Numbered from the stretch's first letter, positions 18,336 to 27,138 are shown. The stretch: DNA of 64,000 nt from Burkholderiaceae bacterium (GCA_036500605.1 DASYBU010000014.1:3150-67149); one strand, 5' to 3'. Numbers and translations: made by a program. The notes: a model not told the origin generated them from the sequence alone.

Positions 18336-19484
18336 ATGCGCCGCATGAACGCACGCCTCGTTTCCGCCCTCGCCGGTCTCGCTCTCCTTGGCGCCTGCGC
18401 CAGCGATCCCAAGGGCCATCACGTCGACCACGACGCCGAGGCACGAGCCGAGCAGCGCGCTCAGCAACTGGCCAGCAGCGGCTACCGCAGCACCGAATCC
18501 GCGACGCTGAGCCTGGCCTTCCAGCAATGGGCCGTGGCCGGCGAGCCCACGCCGGTGACGCTGGCCTTCCCGACCTTTGGCAGCCAGTTGCCGCTGATCG
18601 TCTACCTGCCGGGCCTCGGCGAAGGCGCGCAAGCCGGATCACGCTGGCGACAGGCCTGGGCCCGCGCCGGCTACGCGGTGCTGAGCGCACAGCCACTGGA
18701 ATTTGATGCCGGCGCCTGGGGCTCCGATCTGGCTCGCAATGCCGACTTCAAGGCCTTGTCGCGCGCGCACCAGAAACCCGAGCTCGTGCCTGAACGCCTG
18801 CGCCATGTGCGCGCCCTGCTGGAAGAAGCACGGCGCCGCGCCGCGGCCGGCGACAGCATGTGGTCGCGCGTCGATTTCAACAACATCGCCTTCGCCGGCT
18901 ATGACATCGGCACGCTCAGCGCCGTCGCGGTGCCGGGCGTCAAGGCCACGCTGCTCTTGAGCCCGCTGCCGCTCGATGCGGCCACGATGGCCGCGGTTGA
19001 ACAGCCGCTGCTGATGATCGATTCGCGCCACGACAACGACCTGACCGGCCTGATCACCTCGCCGCAGGATCGCGTGCAGTCCTTTGCAAGCCTGCCGGCG
19101 GGCAACAAGGCCTTGCTGCTGCTTGACGATGGCAGCCACGCGATGCTCTCGGGTAATGCAGCCCTCGAAGAAGCCGAGGCCTCCAGCGACCCCGCGCCGA
19201 CACGCTCACGGGGTGGCCAAGGCGGGCAAGGCGGCCAAGGTCGTCACTCGCGCGGCATGGGTGGTGGTGGCGGTGGGGGCAACGGTGGCGGCAACGCCGG
19301 TGGTGCACGCTCTGCGCCCAGCGGCGAACGCTCGACCACGGGCAAGGCTCAAGCGCAGGTGATCGAGACTGTCACCATCGCCTTCCTCGACGCCCATTTG
19401 CGCGGCCGCGCGCAGGCTCGACAATGGCTTGATCACGATGCCGAGCCCTGGCTGGAGAACCTCGGCGACTGGCAGCAACACTGA
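18336..19484 (+). CDS. Secreted lipoprotein of the alpha/beta-hydrolase fold (PAF-acetylhydrolase/dienelactone-hydrolase-like) with a Gly-rich low-complexity insertion
   Basis: Signal and lipobox LALLGAC-AS, then LIVYLPGLGEG...AGYAVL. The position expected for GxSxG reads FAGYDIGTLS. There is a 60-aa GGQGGQGGQG...GGGGGGGNGGGNAGG insert. Confidence 0.5.
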   Translation: MRRMNARLVSALAGLALLGACASDPKGHHVDHDAEARAEQRAQQLASSGYRSTESATLSLAFQQWAVAGEPTPVTLAFPTFGSQLPLIVYLPGLGEGAQAGSRWRQAWARAGYAVLSAQPLEFDAGAWGSDLARNADFKALSRAHQKPELVPERLRHVRALLEEARRRAAAGDSMWSRVDFNNIAFAGYDIGTLSAVAVPGVKATLLLSPLPLDAATMAAVEQPLLMIDSRHDNDLTGLITSPQDRVQSFASLPAGNKALLLLDDGSHAMLSGNAALEEAEASSDPAPTRSRGGQGGQGGQGRHSRGMGGGGGGGNGGGNAGGARSAPSGERSTTGKAQAQVIETVTIAFLDAHLRGRAQARQWLDHDAEPWLENLGDWQQH

Positions 19485-19496
19485 GGACGCTTCCCC

Positions 19497-19790
19497 ATGA
19501 TTCTCGAAATCGCCGACATCCGCATCACCGCCGGCCAGCAGGCCGCTTTTGAAGCCGCCATCGCGCAAGGCATCGCCACCGTGATCTCGAAGGCGCAGGG
19601 CTTCAAGACCGCACGCGTGCAGCACGGCATCGAATCGCCCGAGCGCTATGTGCTGATGATCGAGTGGGAGACGCTCGAAGATCACACCGTGCATTTCCGC
19701 GGTGGCCCGCTGTTTCCGGCCTGGCGCGCCATCGTCGGGCCCTTCTTCGCGAGCCCGCCGGTGGTGGAGCACTTCGAGTTGGTGGCTTAA
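19497..19790 (+). CDS. Antibiotic-biosynthesis-monooxygenase (ABM/Dabb) family protein
   Basis: 97-aa ferredoxin-like ABM pattern (MILEIADIRITAGQQAAFEAA...YVLMIEWETLEDHTVHF). Confidence 0.65.
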   Translation: MILEIADIRITAGQQAAFEAAIAQGIATVISKAQGFKTARVQHGIESPERYVLMIEWETLEDHTVHFRGGPLFPAWRAIVGPFFASPPVVEHFELVA

Positions 19791-19800
19791 GCAGCCACCG

Positions 19801-20778
19801 TTAAGCGGCCGCCGCCTCCAGCGGCTCCAGAGCGCGGCTCGCGCCGAGCAGCGCGGCTTCATCGCTTGAACGGATCAAGAGCGTCGGGATCGCGGCCAGG
19901 TAGGACTGGAAGCGGCCCTTGGCCTCGAAGCGTTCGCGGAACAGCGCCGCATCAAAGCCCGAACCCAGGCGCGGCACGATGCCGCCGCCCAGATAGACAC
20001 CGCCGCGTGCGCCCAGGGTCAGCGCGAGATTGCCGGCCGCCTGGCCGAGCAGGCTGCTGAACAGCCGCAGCGCGTCGACGGCCAAGGCATCGCTGCCGTC
20101 GAGCGCCGCCGCCGTGACCTGGCTCGCGCCTTGCGCCTGCGCGGGCTGGCCGCGCAGTTCGGCCAGCGCCTTGTAGAGGTTCTCGATGCCGGGGCCCGAG
20201 AGCACACGCTCGGCCGAGACATGGCCGAAGCGCACGCGCAGCACGTTCAGCACGGCGTCTTCTTCCGCATCGGCCGTGCTCAGCGAGACATGGCCACCCT
20301 CGCCTGCGATCGGCACATAGCCGCCCCCGCTGGGCAGCAGGCCCGAAACACCGAGGCCCGTGCCCGCGCCGATCAGCGCCATCGCGCCGCCGGCCACGGC
20401 CGTGCCGCCGCCAATCGCCTGCAGATCCTCGCGCGGCAGGGCCGGCAAGGCCAGCGCCAGCGCGGTGAAGTCATTGATCACCAGCAGGCGGTTGAGGCCC
20501 AGCGAGGCCTTCATCTGCGCGATTGAAAAGCTCCAATCGTTGTTCGTCATGCGCACAGCGTCGCCGGTGATCGCGGTGGCGATGCCGATGGCGGCCTCGG
20601 CCGGCATCGACAACTTGCGCGCGCCCAGATGGTGGCGCAGCGCATCCTGCAGCGAAGGGAAATCGGCGCAGGCATAACGGCCTGTCTCGACGAGGGGCGC
20701 GCCGGGCTCGAACTGGCTGGCAAAACGGGCGTGGGTGCCGCCGACGTCGGCGACCAGACGATGGAAAGAAGGACTCAT
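19801..20778 (-). CDS. glk: Glucokinase
   Basis: 325 aa with LVADVGGTHARFA at the N-terminus and the ROK/glucokinase fold throughout. Confidence 0.85.
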   Translation of the reverse strand: MSPSFHRLVADVGGTHARFASQFEPGAPLVETGRYACADFPSLQDALRHHLGARKLSMPAEAAIGIATAITGDAVRMTNNDWSFSIAQMKASLGLNRLLVINDFTALALALPALPREDLQAIGGGTAVAGGAMALIGAGTGLGVSGLLPSGGGYVPIAGEGGHVSLSTADAEEDAVLNVLRVRFGHVSAERVLSGPGIENLYKALAELRGQPAQAQGASQVTAAALDGSDALAVDALRLFSSLLGQAAGNLALTLGARGGVYLGGGIVPRLGSGFDAALFRERFEAKGRFQSYLAAIPTLLIRSSDEAALLGASRALEPLEAAAA

Positions 20779-20924
20779 GACCAGAGCGCCTCACCGGCGG
20801 CATTGAAGGAGTTGGGGGGCCAGGCGCGATTGTGGCTGGTAATCGCGTGAAACTCGGACCCTCAAAAGCTTCAGGCCCGCACCAAAACCCCAGGGCCGGT
20901 GAGCGCCGGTGAGCGCAGCAATCG

Positions 20925-21344
20925 CTACTTCGAGAACTCGTACAGCGGCTTGCCCTTGTCCACCACATGCACGGCGAACAGCTTGAGCGACGTGTCACCG
21001 ACGACCTTGTAGCCGCCGTGCACGACCCCGCGCAAGTTCTGCGAGACGGTGCCGACGTTCATCACCTGCGGCTCCTTGCCGGGGAACTGGATCGTGGAGG
21101 CTTGCAGCACGTAGACCGACTCCACGCCGTTGTGGAAATGCCGTTCGCTCGATTCACCGGGCTTGATCTCGACGATCGAGGCGATCACCTCCATGTTCGG
21201 CGCGCCGGTCAGGTCGGTGCGCTTTTGTTCATGGCGGGTCGGCGTATCGCCGCCGGTCTGCGCCACCAGGCCCGTCGCCAGGCCCAGGCCGAACAGCGCC
21301 ACGGCCGCGGCGCCGCGGATCATTGCAGTCTTCGTCGTTGTCAT
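20925..21344 (-). CDS. Secreted cupin-domain protein
   Basis: Signal peptide MTTTKTAMIRGAAAVALFGLGLATGLVA and the cupin motif PGESSERHFHNGVESVYVLQ. Confidence 0.6.
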   Translation of the reverse strand: MTTTKTAMIRGAAAVALFGLGLATGLVAQTGGDTPTRHEQKRTDLTGAPNMEVIASIVEIKPGESSERHFHNGVESVYVLQASTIQFPGKEPQVMNVGTVSQNLRGVVHGGYKVVGDTSLKLFAVHVVDKGKPLYEFSK

Positions 21345-21404
21345 GCAGGTCCCCATCGCGCGAAATACGCGTGGCGGCAGTGTGCGTTGGCCGAACGCCG
21401 CGGG

Positions 21405-22511
21405 TCAAGCCCGCGGCGCTGCGGTCGAATGTCTAACCACCAATTCGTGCGGCAACACGAGGTGCAGCGGTTGCTCGCCGCCGTCACCGGCCGCGCCGAT
21501 CAGCATCTCGACGGCGGTGCGCGCCATCTCCGACATCGGCTGCCGAACCGTCGTCAGCGGCGGCCATACCAAACTGGCGGCCTGCGAATCATCGAAGCCC
21601 GCCACCGACAGATCCTGCGGCACCGCCAAGCCGAGGCGATGCGCCGCAGCCAGCACACCGAGCGCCATGTCGTCATTGCTGGCGAACACGGCGGTGGGCC
21701 GCACGCGGCGGCTCAGCAGCTGATGCGCGCCTTCAACGCCCGTGTGAAAGGTGAAGTTGCCCTGGTAGACCATGTCCGGATCGATCGGCAGGCCATGCTG
21801 GTTCATCGCGTTGACAAAACCCTCGTAGCGCAGATGCGAAGCCGACTGATCGACCGCGCCCTTGATGATGGCGATGCGGCGATGGCCCAGGCTGATCAAC
21901 AAGTGTGTGACCTCCTCGGCGGCGCGCACATCATCCATGCTGACCGAAGGCAGCGCCGCGCGGCTGCGCGCGCCGCGATGACCGCGGCCCAGATCGGGCG
22001 ACATCAGCACGCAGCGCGTGTTGGTGTCGCGCAGCGCCTTGAGCACCTTGGGGTTGTCGCACAGCGGCGGCGTCAGCAGCATGCCGTCGGGCTGCAAGGC
22101 CGAGACCATGCGCTCGACTTGCTGCTCCAGATCGGGCGCATCGTTGTGCAGTGATTCGACGACCAGGTGATAGCCGGCCTCGCGGCAGCGCAGCGTGGCG
22201 CCCTGCTGCACGCCGCCGACGAAGGCCGCCGACGGATCGTAGTAAAGCAGACCGATCAGGAAGGAGCGCGCGCCGGCCAGGCTGCGCGCCGAGAGCTTGG
22301 GGCGGTACTTGAGCTCGGCCACGACCTTGAGCACGTTCTCGCGGGTCGTCTCGTGCACGCCGGGCTCATGGTTGAGCACGCGCGAGACGGTCTTGATCGA
22401 CACGCCGGCCTGTTCGGCCACATCGACGATGGTGGGCGCCGCGCCGTTGCGGCCGGTGGGCCTGCCGCCCGCTCTGATGTCTGTTCTGCTGCCCGCTTTG
22501 CTGGTGGCCAA
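21405..22511 (-). CDS. LacI-family transcriptional regulator
   Basis: Helix-turn-helix TIVDVAEQAGVSIKTVSRVLN followed by a periplasmic-binding-like sugar-binding domain. Confidence 0.9.
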   Translation of the reverse strand: MATSKAGSRTDIRAGGRPTGRNGAAPTIVDVAEQAGVSIKTVSRVLNHEPGVHETTRENVLKVVAELKYRPKLSARSLAGARSFLIGLLYYDPSAAFVGGVQQGATLRCREAGYHLVVESLHNDAPDLEQQVERMVSALQPDGMLLTPPLCDNPKVLKALRDTNTRCVLMSPDLGRGHRGARSRAALPSVSMDDVRAAEEVTHLLISLGHRRIAIIKGAVDQSASHLRYEGFVNAMNQHGLPIDPDMVYQGNFTFHTGVEGAHQLLSRRVRPTAVFASNDDMALGVLAAAHRLGLAVPQDLSVAGFDDSQAASLVWPPLTTVRQPMSEMARTAVEMLIGAAGDGGEQPLHLVLPHELVVRHSTAAPRA

Positions 22512-22560
22512 GCTCGACCTCTAATGTCTGTTGCGACCTGCAATGTAGCCTCAAACAAAA

Positions 22561-22596
22561 GAAACGGCCGATGCCCGTGAAGGCATCGGCCGTTTC
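22561..22596 (-). terminator. Rho-independent terminator downstream of the HU gene
   Basis: GAAACGGCCGATGCC-CGTGAA-GGCATCGGCCGTTTC followed on the minus strand by TTTTGTTTGAGG. Confidence 0.7.
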
Positions 22597-22644
22597 AGCA
22601 AGTACGGTCAGCTGAACTGACGCGTTACTTCATGGCTTGAAGAA

Positions 22645-23001
22645 TTACTTCTTCTTGGCCTTGGCGGCGGGCTTGGCAGCAGCAGCCTTCGGCTTGGCAG
22701 CCTTCTCAGCCTTGCGAGCAGCAGCCTTGGGATCCACGGCAGCCTTGAAGCCGGCGCCAGCGGTGAACTTCGGCAGCTTGGCAGCAGCGATCTTGATCTT
22801 TTCGCCGGTGCTGGGGTTCACGCCGGTGCGCGCAGCGCGAGCGTGTTGCTTGAAGGAGCCGAAGCCGGGGATGGACACCACGCCGCCCTTTTTGACGGTG
22901 GTGACCACAGCTTCCAGCAGGGTCTCGACGATGCGGCCAGCTTCGGCCTTGGTCAGTTCATGCTTGCCAGCCAGGTGCTCAATCAGTTCGGTCTTGTTCA
23001 T
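22645..23001 (-). CDS. HU-family DNA-binding protein with a Lys/Ala-rich histone-H1-like C-terminal tail
   Basis: MNKTELIEHLAGKHELTKAEAGRIVETLLEAV...GFGSFKQHARAARTGVNPSTGEKIKIAAAKLPKFTAGAGFKAAV, then an AKP-repeat tail (KAAKPKAAAAKPAAKAKKK). Confidence 0.85.
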   Translation of the reverse strand: MNKTELIEHLAGKHELTKAEAGRIVETLLEAVVTTVKKGGVVSIPGFGSFKQHARAARTGVNPSTGEKIKIAAAKLPKFTAGAGFKAAVDPKAAARKAEKAAKPKAAAAKPAAKAKKK

Positions 23002-23095
23002 TCAGAGGTCTCGTCTCATTGGAAAGCCCGACGATCACGGGCGGGTCGCATTCTCACTCAAATCGAGCACGATATCGATGACATCGGGGTAATCC

Positions 23096-23392
23096 TTAAA
23101 AATCCTGCTTGGCAACGCGTGCATGTGCCTCGTTCACCAGCATCAATGCGGCCGATCCGTAGTATTGATGAAACTCCGCCACCATCTCGCCCTTGACGAT
23201 CATCGGGTCCGTGGCCACGAGTTGCCGCGCTTCATCGAGGCTCGGCGTGGCGAAGATGAACATGCCGCGCGAGGACGAGGGCATTACAAGCAAGACGGGA
23301 CATGGCCTAACTCCATTGTTGAACGGAGCGCAGATGCTATGCCCGGATGGCTTGCTTGTATTCATCCTGTTCATCCTGTTCATCCTGTTCAT
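23096..23392 (-). CDS. YciI-like domain protein, with an aberrant N-terminus (MNRMNRMNRM repeat); possibly a degenerate remnant
   Basis: The C-terminal half (MFIFATPSLDEARQLVATDPMIVKGEMVAEFHQYYGSAA) fits the YciI/Dabb-like fold, but the N-terminal 40 aa do not, and the start lies inside a hairpin/tandem-repeat element. Confidence 0.4.
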   Translation of the reverse strand: MNRMNRMNRMNTSKPSGHSICAPFNNGVRPCPVLLVMPSSSRGMFIFATPSLDEARQLVATDPMIVKGEMVAEFHQYYGSAALMLVNEAHARVAKQDF

Positions 23393-23440
23393 CCATGTTC
23401 AAACACGAATTTTTTACATGGATGAACAGGATGCACAGGA
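23361..23440. repeat. Tandem 9-bp repeat (TTCATCCTG x3) that forms a 14-24-bp inverted repeat with CATGGATGAACAGGATGCACAGG
   Basis: cctgttcatccatg at 23383-23396 pairs perfectly with catggatgaacagg at 23417-23430 across a 20-nt loop. The element sits within 200 bp of the 3' end of tRNA-Leu. Confidence 0.7.
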
Positions 23441-23498
23441 TAAGACAGCAGCCAAAACTTGTGGGTGCTGGTCGAGTCGCTCTCGCGCCCGCCAAATG

Positions 23499-23530
23499 AA
23501 AAAGGCCAGCACGTTGGTGCTGGCCTTTTG
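23499..23530 (-). terminator. Rho-independent terminator immediately downstream of tRNA-Leu
   Basis: AAAAAGGCCAGCAC-GTTG-GTGCTGGCCTTTT, which on the minus strand is followed by a T-run. Confidence 0.7.
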
Positions 23531-23534
23531 ATCT

Positions 23535-23619
<85 letters not shown>

Positions 23620-23675
23620 GGTGCTTCGCCGATTCGCGAAGAGGCCGGACTATAGCATGGGCCTCATGGACAAAT

Positions 23676-25187
23676 TCACACGTCGAACTTCACGCCTTGC
23701 GCAAGCGGCAGCTCACGCGAGTAGTTGACCGTGTTGGTGGTGCGGCGCATGTATGCCTTCCACGCATCGGAGCCCGATTCGCGACCGCCGCCGGTTTCCT
23801 TCTCACCGCCAAACGCGCCGCCGATTTCCGCGCCGCTGGTGCCGATGTTGACGTTGGCAATGCCGCAATCGGAGCCGCTCGCTGCCATGAAGCTTTCGGC
23901 TTCACGCACATCGTTCGTGAAGATCGCCGAGGACAGGCCCTGCGGCACGTCGTTCTGCATCGCGATGGCCTCTTCAAGCGTCTCGTACTTGAGCGTGTAG
24001 AGGATCGGCGCGAAGGTCTCGTGGCGCACGATATCGGTCTGCGCGGGCATGCGAGCCAGCGCCGGCTCGACATACCAGGCGTCCGGATATTGCGAAGCCA
24101 GTGCGCGAGCACCGCCCGAAACGGCGCCGCCTTGTTCACGCGCCGCGGCCAATGCCGCTTGCATGCCGTCGAAGGCCGCCTTGTCGATCAGCGGGCCGAT
24201 CAGGTTGCCGGCTTCCGTCGGGTCACCGATCTTGAGCTGCGCGCGAGCGCGGTCGAGACGGTTCACCAGTTCATCATGGATGCTGGCATGCGCGATCACG
24301 CGGCGCGTGGTGGTGCAGCGCTGGCCGGCCGTGCCGTAGGCGCCGAACAGGATGCCGCGCACGGCCAGGTCCAGGTCGGCGCTGGGCGTGACGATGATGG
24401 CGTTGTTGCCGCCGAGTTCAAGCAGGCAGCGGCCAAAGCGCGCTGCAACGCGCGGACCGACGGCACGGCCCATGCGGGTCGAGCCGGTGGCCGAGACGAG
24501 CGCCACGCGGGTGTCGTCGACCATCGCCTCGCCCACATCGGCGCGGCCGTTCAGCACTTGCGAGAGGTTCGCGGGTGCGCCGGCTCCATTGGCATTGAAG
24601 CGAGTGACTGCGCGCTCAAACAGCGCTTGCGTGGCCAGCGCCGTCAGCGGCGTCTTCTCGCTCGGCTTCCAGATGCAGGTGTCACCGCAGACCAGCGCCA
24701 GCGCCGCGTTCCAGGCCCACACGGCGACGGGGAAGTTGAAGGCGCTGATGATGCCCACCACGCCGAGCGGCAGGTACTGTTCCATCATGCGATGGCCGAG
24801 ACGCTCGCTGGCGATGGTCAGGCCATGCAGCTGGCGCGAGAGGCCGACGGCGAAGTCGCAGATGTCGATCATCTCCTGCACCTCGCCCTCGCCTTCGCTG
24901 CTCACCTTGCCGGCTTCGAGTGCGACCAAGCGGGCCAGCGCGGCCTTGTGGGTGCGCAGCTCTTCGCCGAACAGGCGCACGAGCTCGCCACGCTTCGGCG
25001 CGGGCACATTGCGCCATTGCAGGAAAGCAGCGTGGGCGCGGCCCACGGCGGCGCGCATTTCATCGGCCGCGGCCTCATGCACGGCGCCAAGCGCTGCGCC
25101 GTTGATCGGCGAACGCACGGCCAGCGTGCCGCCGGTGAAGGCGGAGGAAGGAACGCCCAGCGCGTTCAAGAGTTCAGAAGTGTTCAT
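23676..25187 (-). CDS. amaB: Aldehyde dehydrogenase family 7 (alpha-aminoadipic semialdehyde / piperideine-6-carboxylate dehydrogenase, AmaB-like)
   Basis: About 503 aa from the ATG at 25187. It ends ...AWKAYMRRTTNTVNYSRELPLAQGVKFDV, which is the ALDH7/antiquitin-type C-terminus as I recall it. Catalytic Cys is in QRCTTTRRV and Glu in ELGGNNA. Confidence 0.85.
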   Translation of the reverse strand: MNTSELLNALGVPSSAFTGGTLAVRSPINGAALGAVHEAAADEMRAAVGRAHAAFLQWRNVPAPKRGELVRLFGEELRTHKAALARLVALEAGKVSSEGEGEVQEMIDICDFAVGLSRQLHGLTIASERLGHRMMEQYLPLGVVGIISAFNFPVAVWAWNAALALVCGDTCIWKPSEKTPLTALATQALFERAVTRFNANGAGAPANLSQVLNGRADVGEAMVDDTRVALVSATGSTRMGRAVGPRVAARFGRCLLELGGNNAIIVTPSADLDLAVRGILFGAYGTAGQRCTTTRRVIAHASIHDELVNRLDRARAQLKIGDPTEAGNLIGPLIDKAAFDGMQAALAAAREQGGAVSGGARALASQYPDAWYVEPALARMPAQTDIVRHETFAPILYTLKYETLEEAIAMQNDVPQGLSSAIFTNDVREAESFMAASGSDCGIANVNIGTSGAEIGGAFGGEKETGGGRESGSDAWKAYMRRTTNTVNYSRELPLAQGVKFDV

Positions 25188-25220
25188 GTCGGAATTCTCA
25201 GGGCAAAGCAAATACAAATA

Positions 25221-25319
25221 TCCGGAACGCAGAGTTCGCAAAGGTACGCAGAGTTCGCCGAGAAGAAATGGTCTTCCTCTGCGAACTCTGCGTGATCTCC
25301 GCGTCCTCTGCGTTCCGGA
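25221..25319. promoter_or_regulatory. Nested inverted-repeat element (outer 14-bp stem, inner 12-bp stem, duplicated 13-mer allowing alternative pairing) between saccharopine dehydrogenase and amaB
   Basis: tccggaacgcagag (25221-34) pairs with ctctgcgttccgga (25306-19). cgcagagttcgc (25248-59) pairs with gcgaactctgcg (25281-92). acgcagagttcgc occurs twice (25227-39 and 25247-59). Confidence 0.6.
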
Positions 25320-25334
25320 AACTTCAAGCCATCT

Positions 25335-26429
25335 TCAGCCGATCGACTCGACTTGGCGCGACTGTTGATACGCCTTGCCGAAGCGGTTGGCCAGGAAGTC
25401 GGGCAGCTGCACTTCTTCCTGACGGATGAAACCGCTTTGCGGCAGCTTGCCTTCGCGGAACAGATCGACCGCGGCGCAGATGCCGGCGGCGGTGGTGATC
25501 TGGATCGCCGAGATCGGCGCCGGGCCATCGCGCTCGGCAAAGATCTTGCGCGCGAAAACCTCTTGCAGCAAGCTGCCTCCTCTGTAGCCCGAGACGGTCA
25601 CGAAGACCAGCACCACGTCCTGCATGGTGGCCGGCATGCTCTTCTTCATCACGCCCTTGAGCAGGGCCTGGTCGCTCTTGAGCTGCAGGTCTTCGAGCAG
25701 AAACTGCATCAGATCGCGGTGGCCCGGATAGCGCACGGTCTTGTAGTCCAGGTTGCGCACCTTGCCGGCCCAGGTTTCGCACAGGGTGCCGAGGCCGCCC
25801 GAGGTGTTGAAGGCTTCGTACTCGACGCCGTCGAGCGAGAAATGCTCAAGACCTTCGAGCGGCAGCGCGGCGATTTCCTTGCCGTCGTGGATCGCTTCGC
25901 AGGGGTGGCAGTACTCGTTGATGAGACCGTCCACGCTCCAGGTCAGGTTGTACTTGAGCGCATTGGTCGGGAAGGCGGGCAGCGCGCCGACGCGCATCTT
26001 CACGTCGACGACTTGCTCAAAGCCCTTGGCCAGATGGTGGGCCACGATGCCGATGAAACCGGGGGCGAGGCCGCACTGCGGCATGAAGGCCGTCTTGGCG
26101 CCGTCGGCCATGTCCTTGATCGCCTGCGTGGCGGCCACGTCTTCGGTCAGGTCGAAGTAGTGGCAGCCGGCTTCGAGCGCCAGCTTGGCCGAGGAGATCG
26201 CCAGGTGATACGGCAGCGCGTTGACAACGATCTGTTGGCCGCGCAAGGCGTTGGCCAGGGCCACGCTGTTCTCGGTATCGACGGCGTTGGTGCCGATGCC
26301 TTCCTTGGCCAGAGCGGCCAGCGCCTGCGGGTTCTTGTCGAGCACCGTCACGGCGTAATCACCGCTGGCGTGCAGCAGGCGGGCGATGGTCTGGCCGATA
26401 TGTCCGGCTCCCAGCAAAGCGACTTTCAT
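25335..26429 (-). CDS. Saccharopine dehydrogenase family protein (lysine-forming LKR/SDH-like, NAD-binding)
   Basis: 364 aa with N-terminal Rossmann motif MKVALLGAGHIGQTIA and the saccharopine dehydrogenase NADP-binding/C-terminal architecture. It lies next to the ALDH7 gene. Confidence 0.75.
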   Translation of the reverse strand: MKVALLGAGHIGQTIARLLHASGDYAVTVLDKNPQALAALAKEGIGTNAVDTENSVALANALRGQQIVVNALPYHLAISSAKLALEAGCHYFDLTEDVAATQAIKDMADGAKTAFMPQCGLAPGFIGIVAHHLAKGFEQVVDVKMRVGALPAFPTNALKYNLTWSVDGLINEYCHPCEAIHDGKEIAALPLEGLEHFSLDGVEYEAFNTSGGLGTLCETWAGKVRNLDYKTVRYPGHRDLMQFLLEDLQLKSDQALLKGVMKKSMPATMQDVVLVFVTVSGYRGGSLLQEVFARKIFAERDGPAPISAIQITTAAGICAAVDLFREGKLPQSGFIRQEEVQLPDFLANRFGKAYQQSRQVESIG

Positions 26430-26564
26430 GGCATCTCCTTCAAAACAAACAATGAATGCTTGGGGCGCAGTCTAGGGAGAGCGACGGACGAAAGAAAGCG
26501 ACAGTTCGTCGAATAACTCGTCGAAAATGACGATTCGACTGCCACTCACTTCACATCGTCAATC

Positions 26565-27041
26565 ATGGTCAGCAAATCCACGCCCGCCCTGCCTACGCAC
26601 CCCGGCGCCAAGGACGACATCGATCGCCAACTGATCGCCCTGCTGCAGGCCAACGCGCGCGAAAGCACGGCCAACATCGCACGCAAATTGGGCATCGCGC
26701 GCACCACGGTGGTGGCGCGTCTGGCCCGTCTGGAAAGCAGCGGCGTGCTGGTCGGCTATACGGCGCGGCTCGGCAGCGAGGCGCATGGCCACGGGGTTCA
26801 GGCCTTTGTCGGCATCACGGTCAGCCCGAAGGCCGGGCGCGAAGTCGTGAAGCGGCTCTCGCGTTTTCCCGAGCTGCGCCAGCTCGCCTCAGTGAGCGGC
26901 GAGTTCGACTACATGGCCGTGCTGCAGGCCGAGACCACGGTCCGACTCGATGTGCTTCTGGATGAAATAGGAGACATCGACGGCGTGATCAAAACCACGA
27001 GTTCGGTGGTTTTGGCCTTGCGGGTCGACCGCAGCGCCTGA
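26565..27041 (+). CDS. Lrp/AsnC-family transcriptional regulator
   Basis: 158 aa with helix-turn-helix DRQLIALLQANARESTANIARKLGIARTTVVARLARLE followed by a RAM domain. It is divergent from the saccharopine dehydrogenase/amaB pair. Confidence 0.85.
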   Translation: MVSKSTPALPTHPGAKDDIDRQLIALLQANARESTANIARKLGIARTTVVARLARLESSGVLVGYTARLGSEAHGHGVQAFVGITVSPKAGREVVKRLSRFPELRQLASVSGEFDYMAVLQAETTVRLDVLLDEIGDIDGVIKTTSSVVLALRVDRSA

Positions 27042-27138
27042 GGAAAGCGTAGCCTCGTCAACGTGGCATGACCCTTGCTCGTTCAACGTGAACGATGGCC
27101 AGCGGGACCGAGGTCCAAGGATGGAAGCAATGAAGCAA

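Noticed and set aside
20826-20848. Inverted repeat CGCGATT-N9-AATCGCG upstream of glk as a LacI operator
   Set aside because: The arms are short (7 bp) and do not resemble the LacI-family consensus. Such repeats are too frequent in GC-rich DNA to support a call.
20967-22154. Plus-strand ORFs antisense to the LacI regulator, and analogous long antisense ORFs over amaB (23697..25295), saccharopine dehydrogenase (25353..26516), HD-GYP (3727..5067), the GGDEF protein (37830..39206), the GMC gene (40893..42590), the histidine kinase (59322..60548) and the chitinase (61391..62677)
   Set aside because: All show GC-driven composition bias with no motifs, and in every case the opposite strand encodes a well-supported domain protein.
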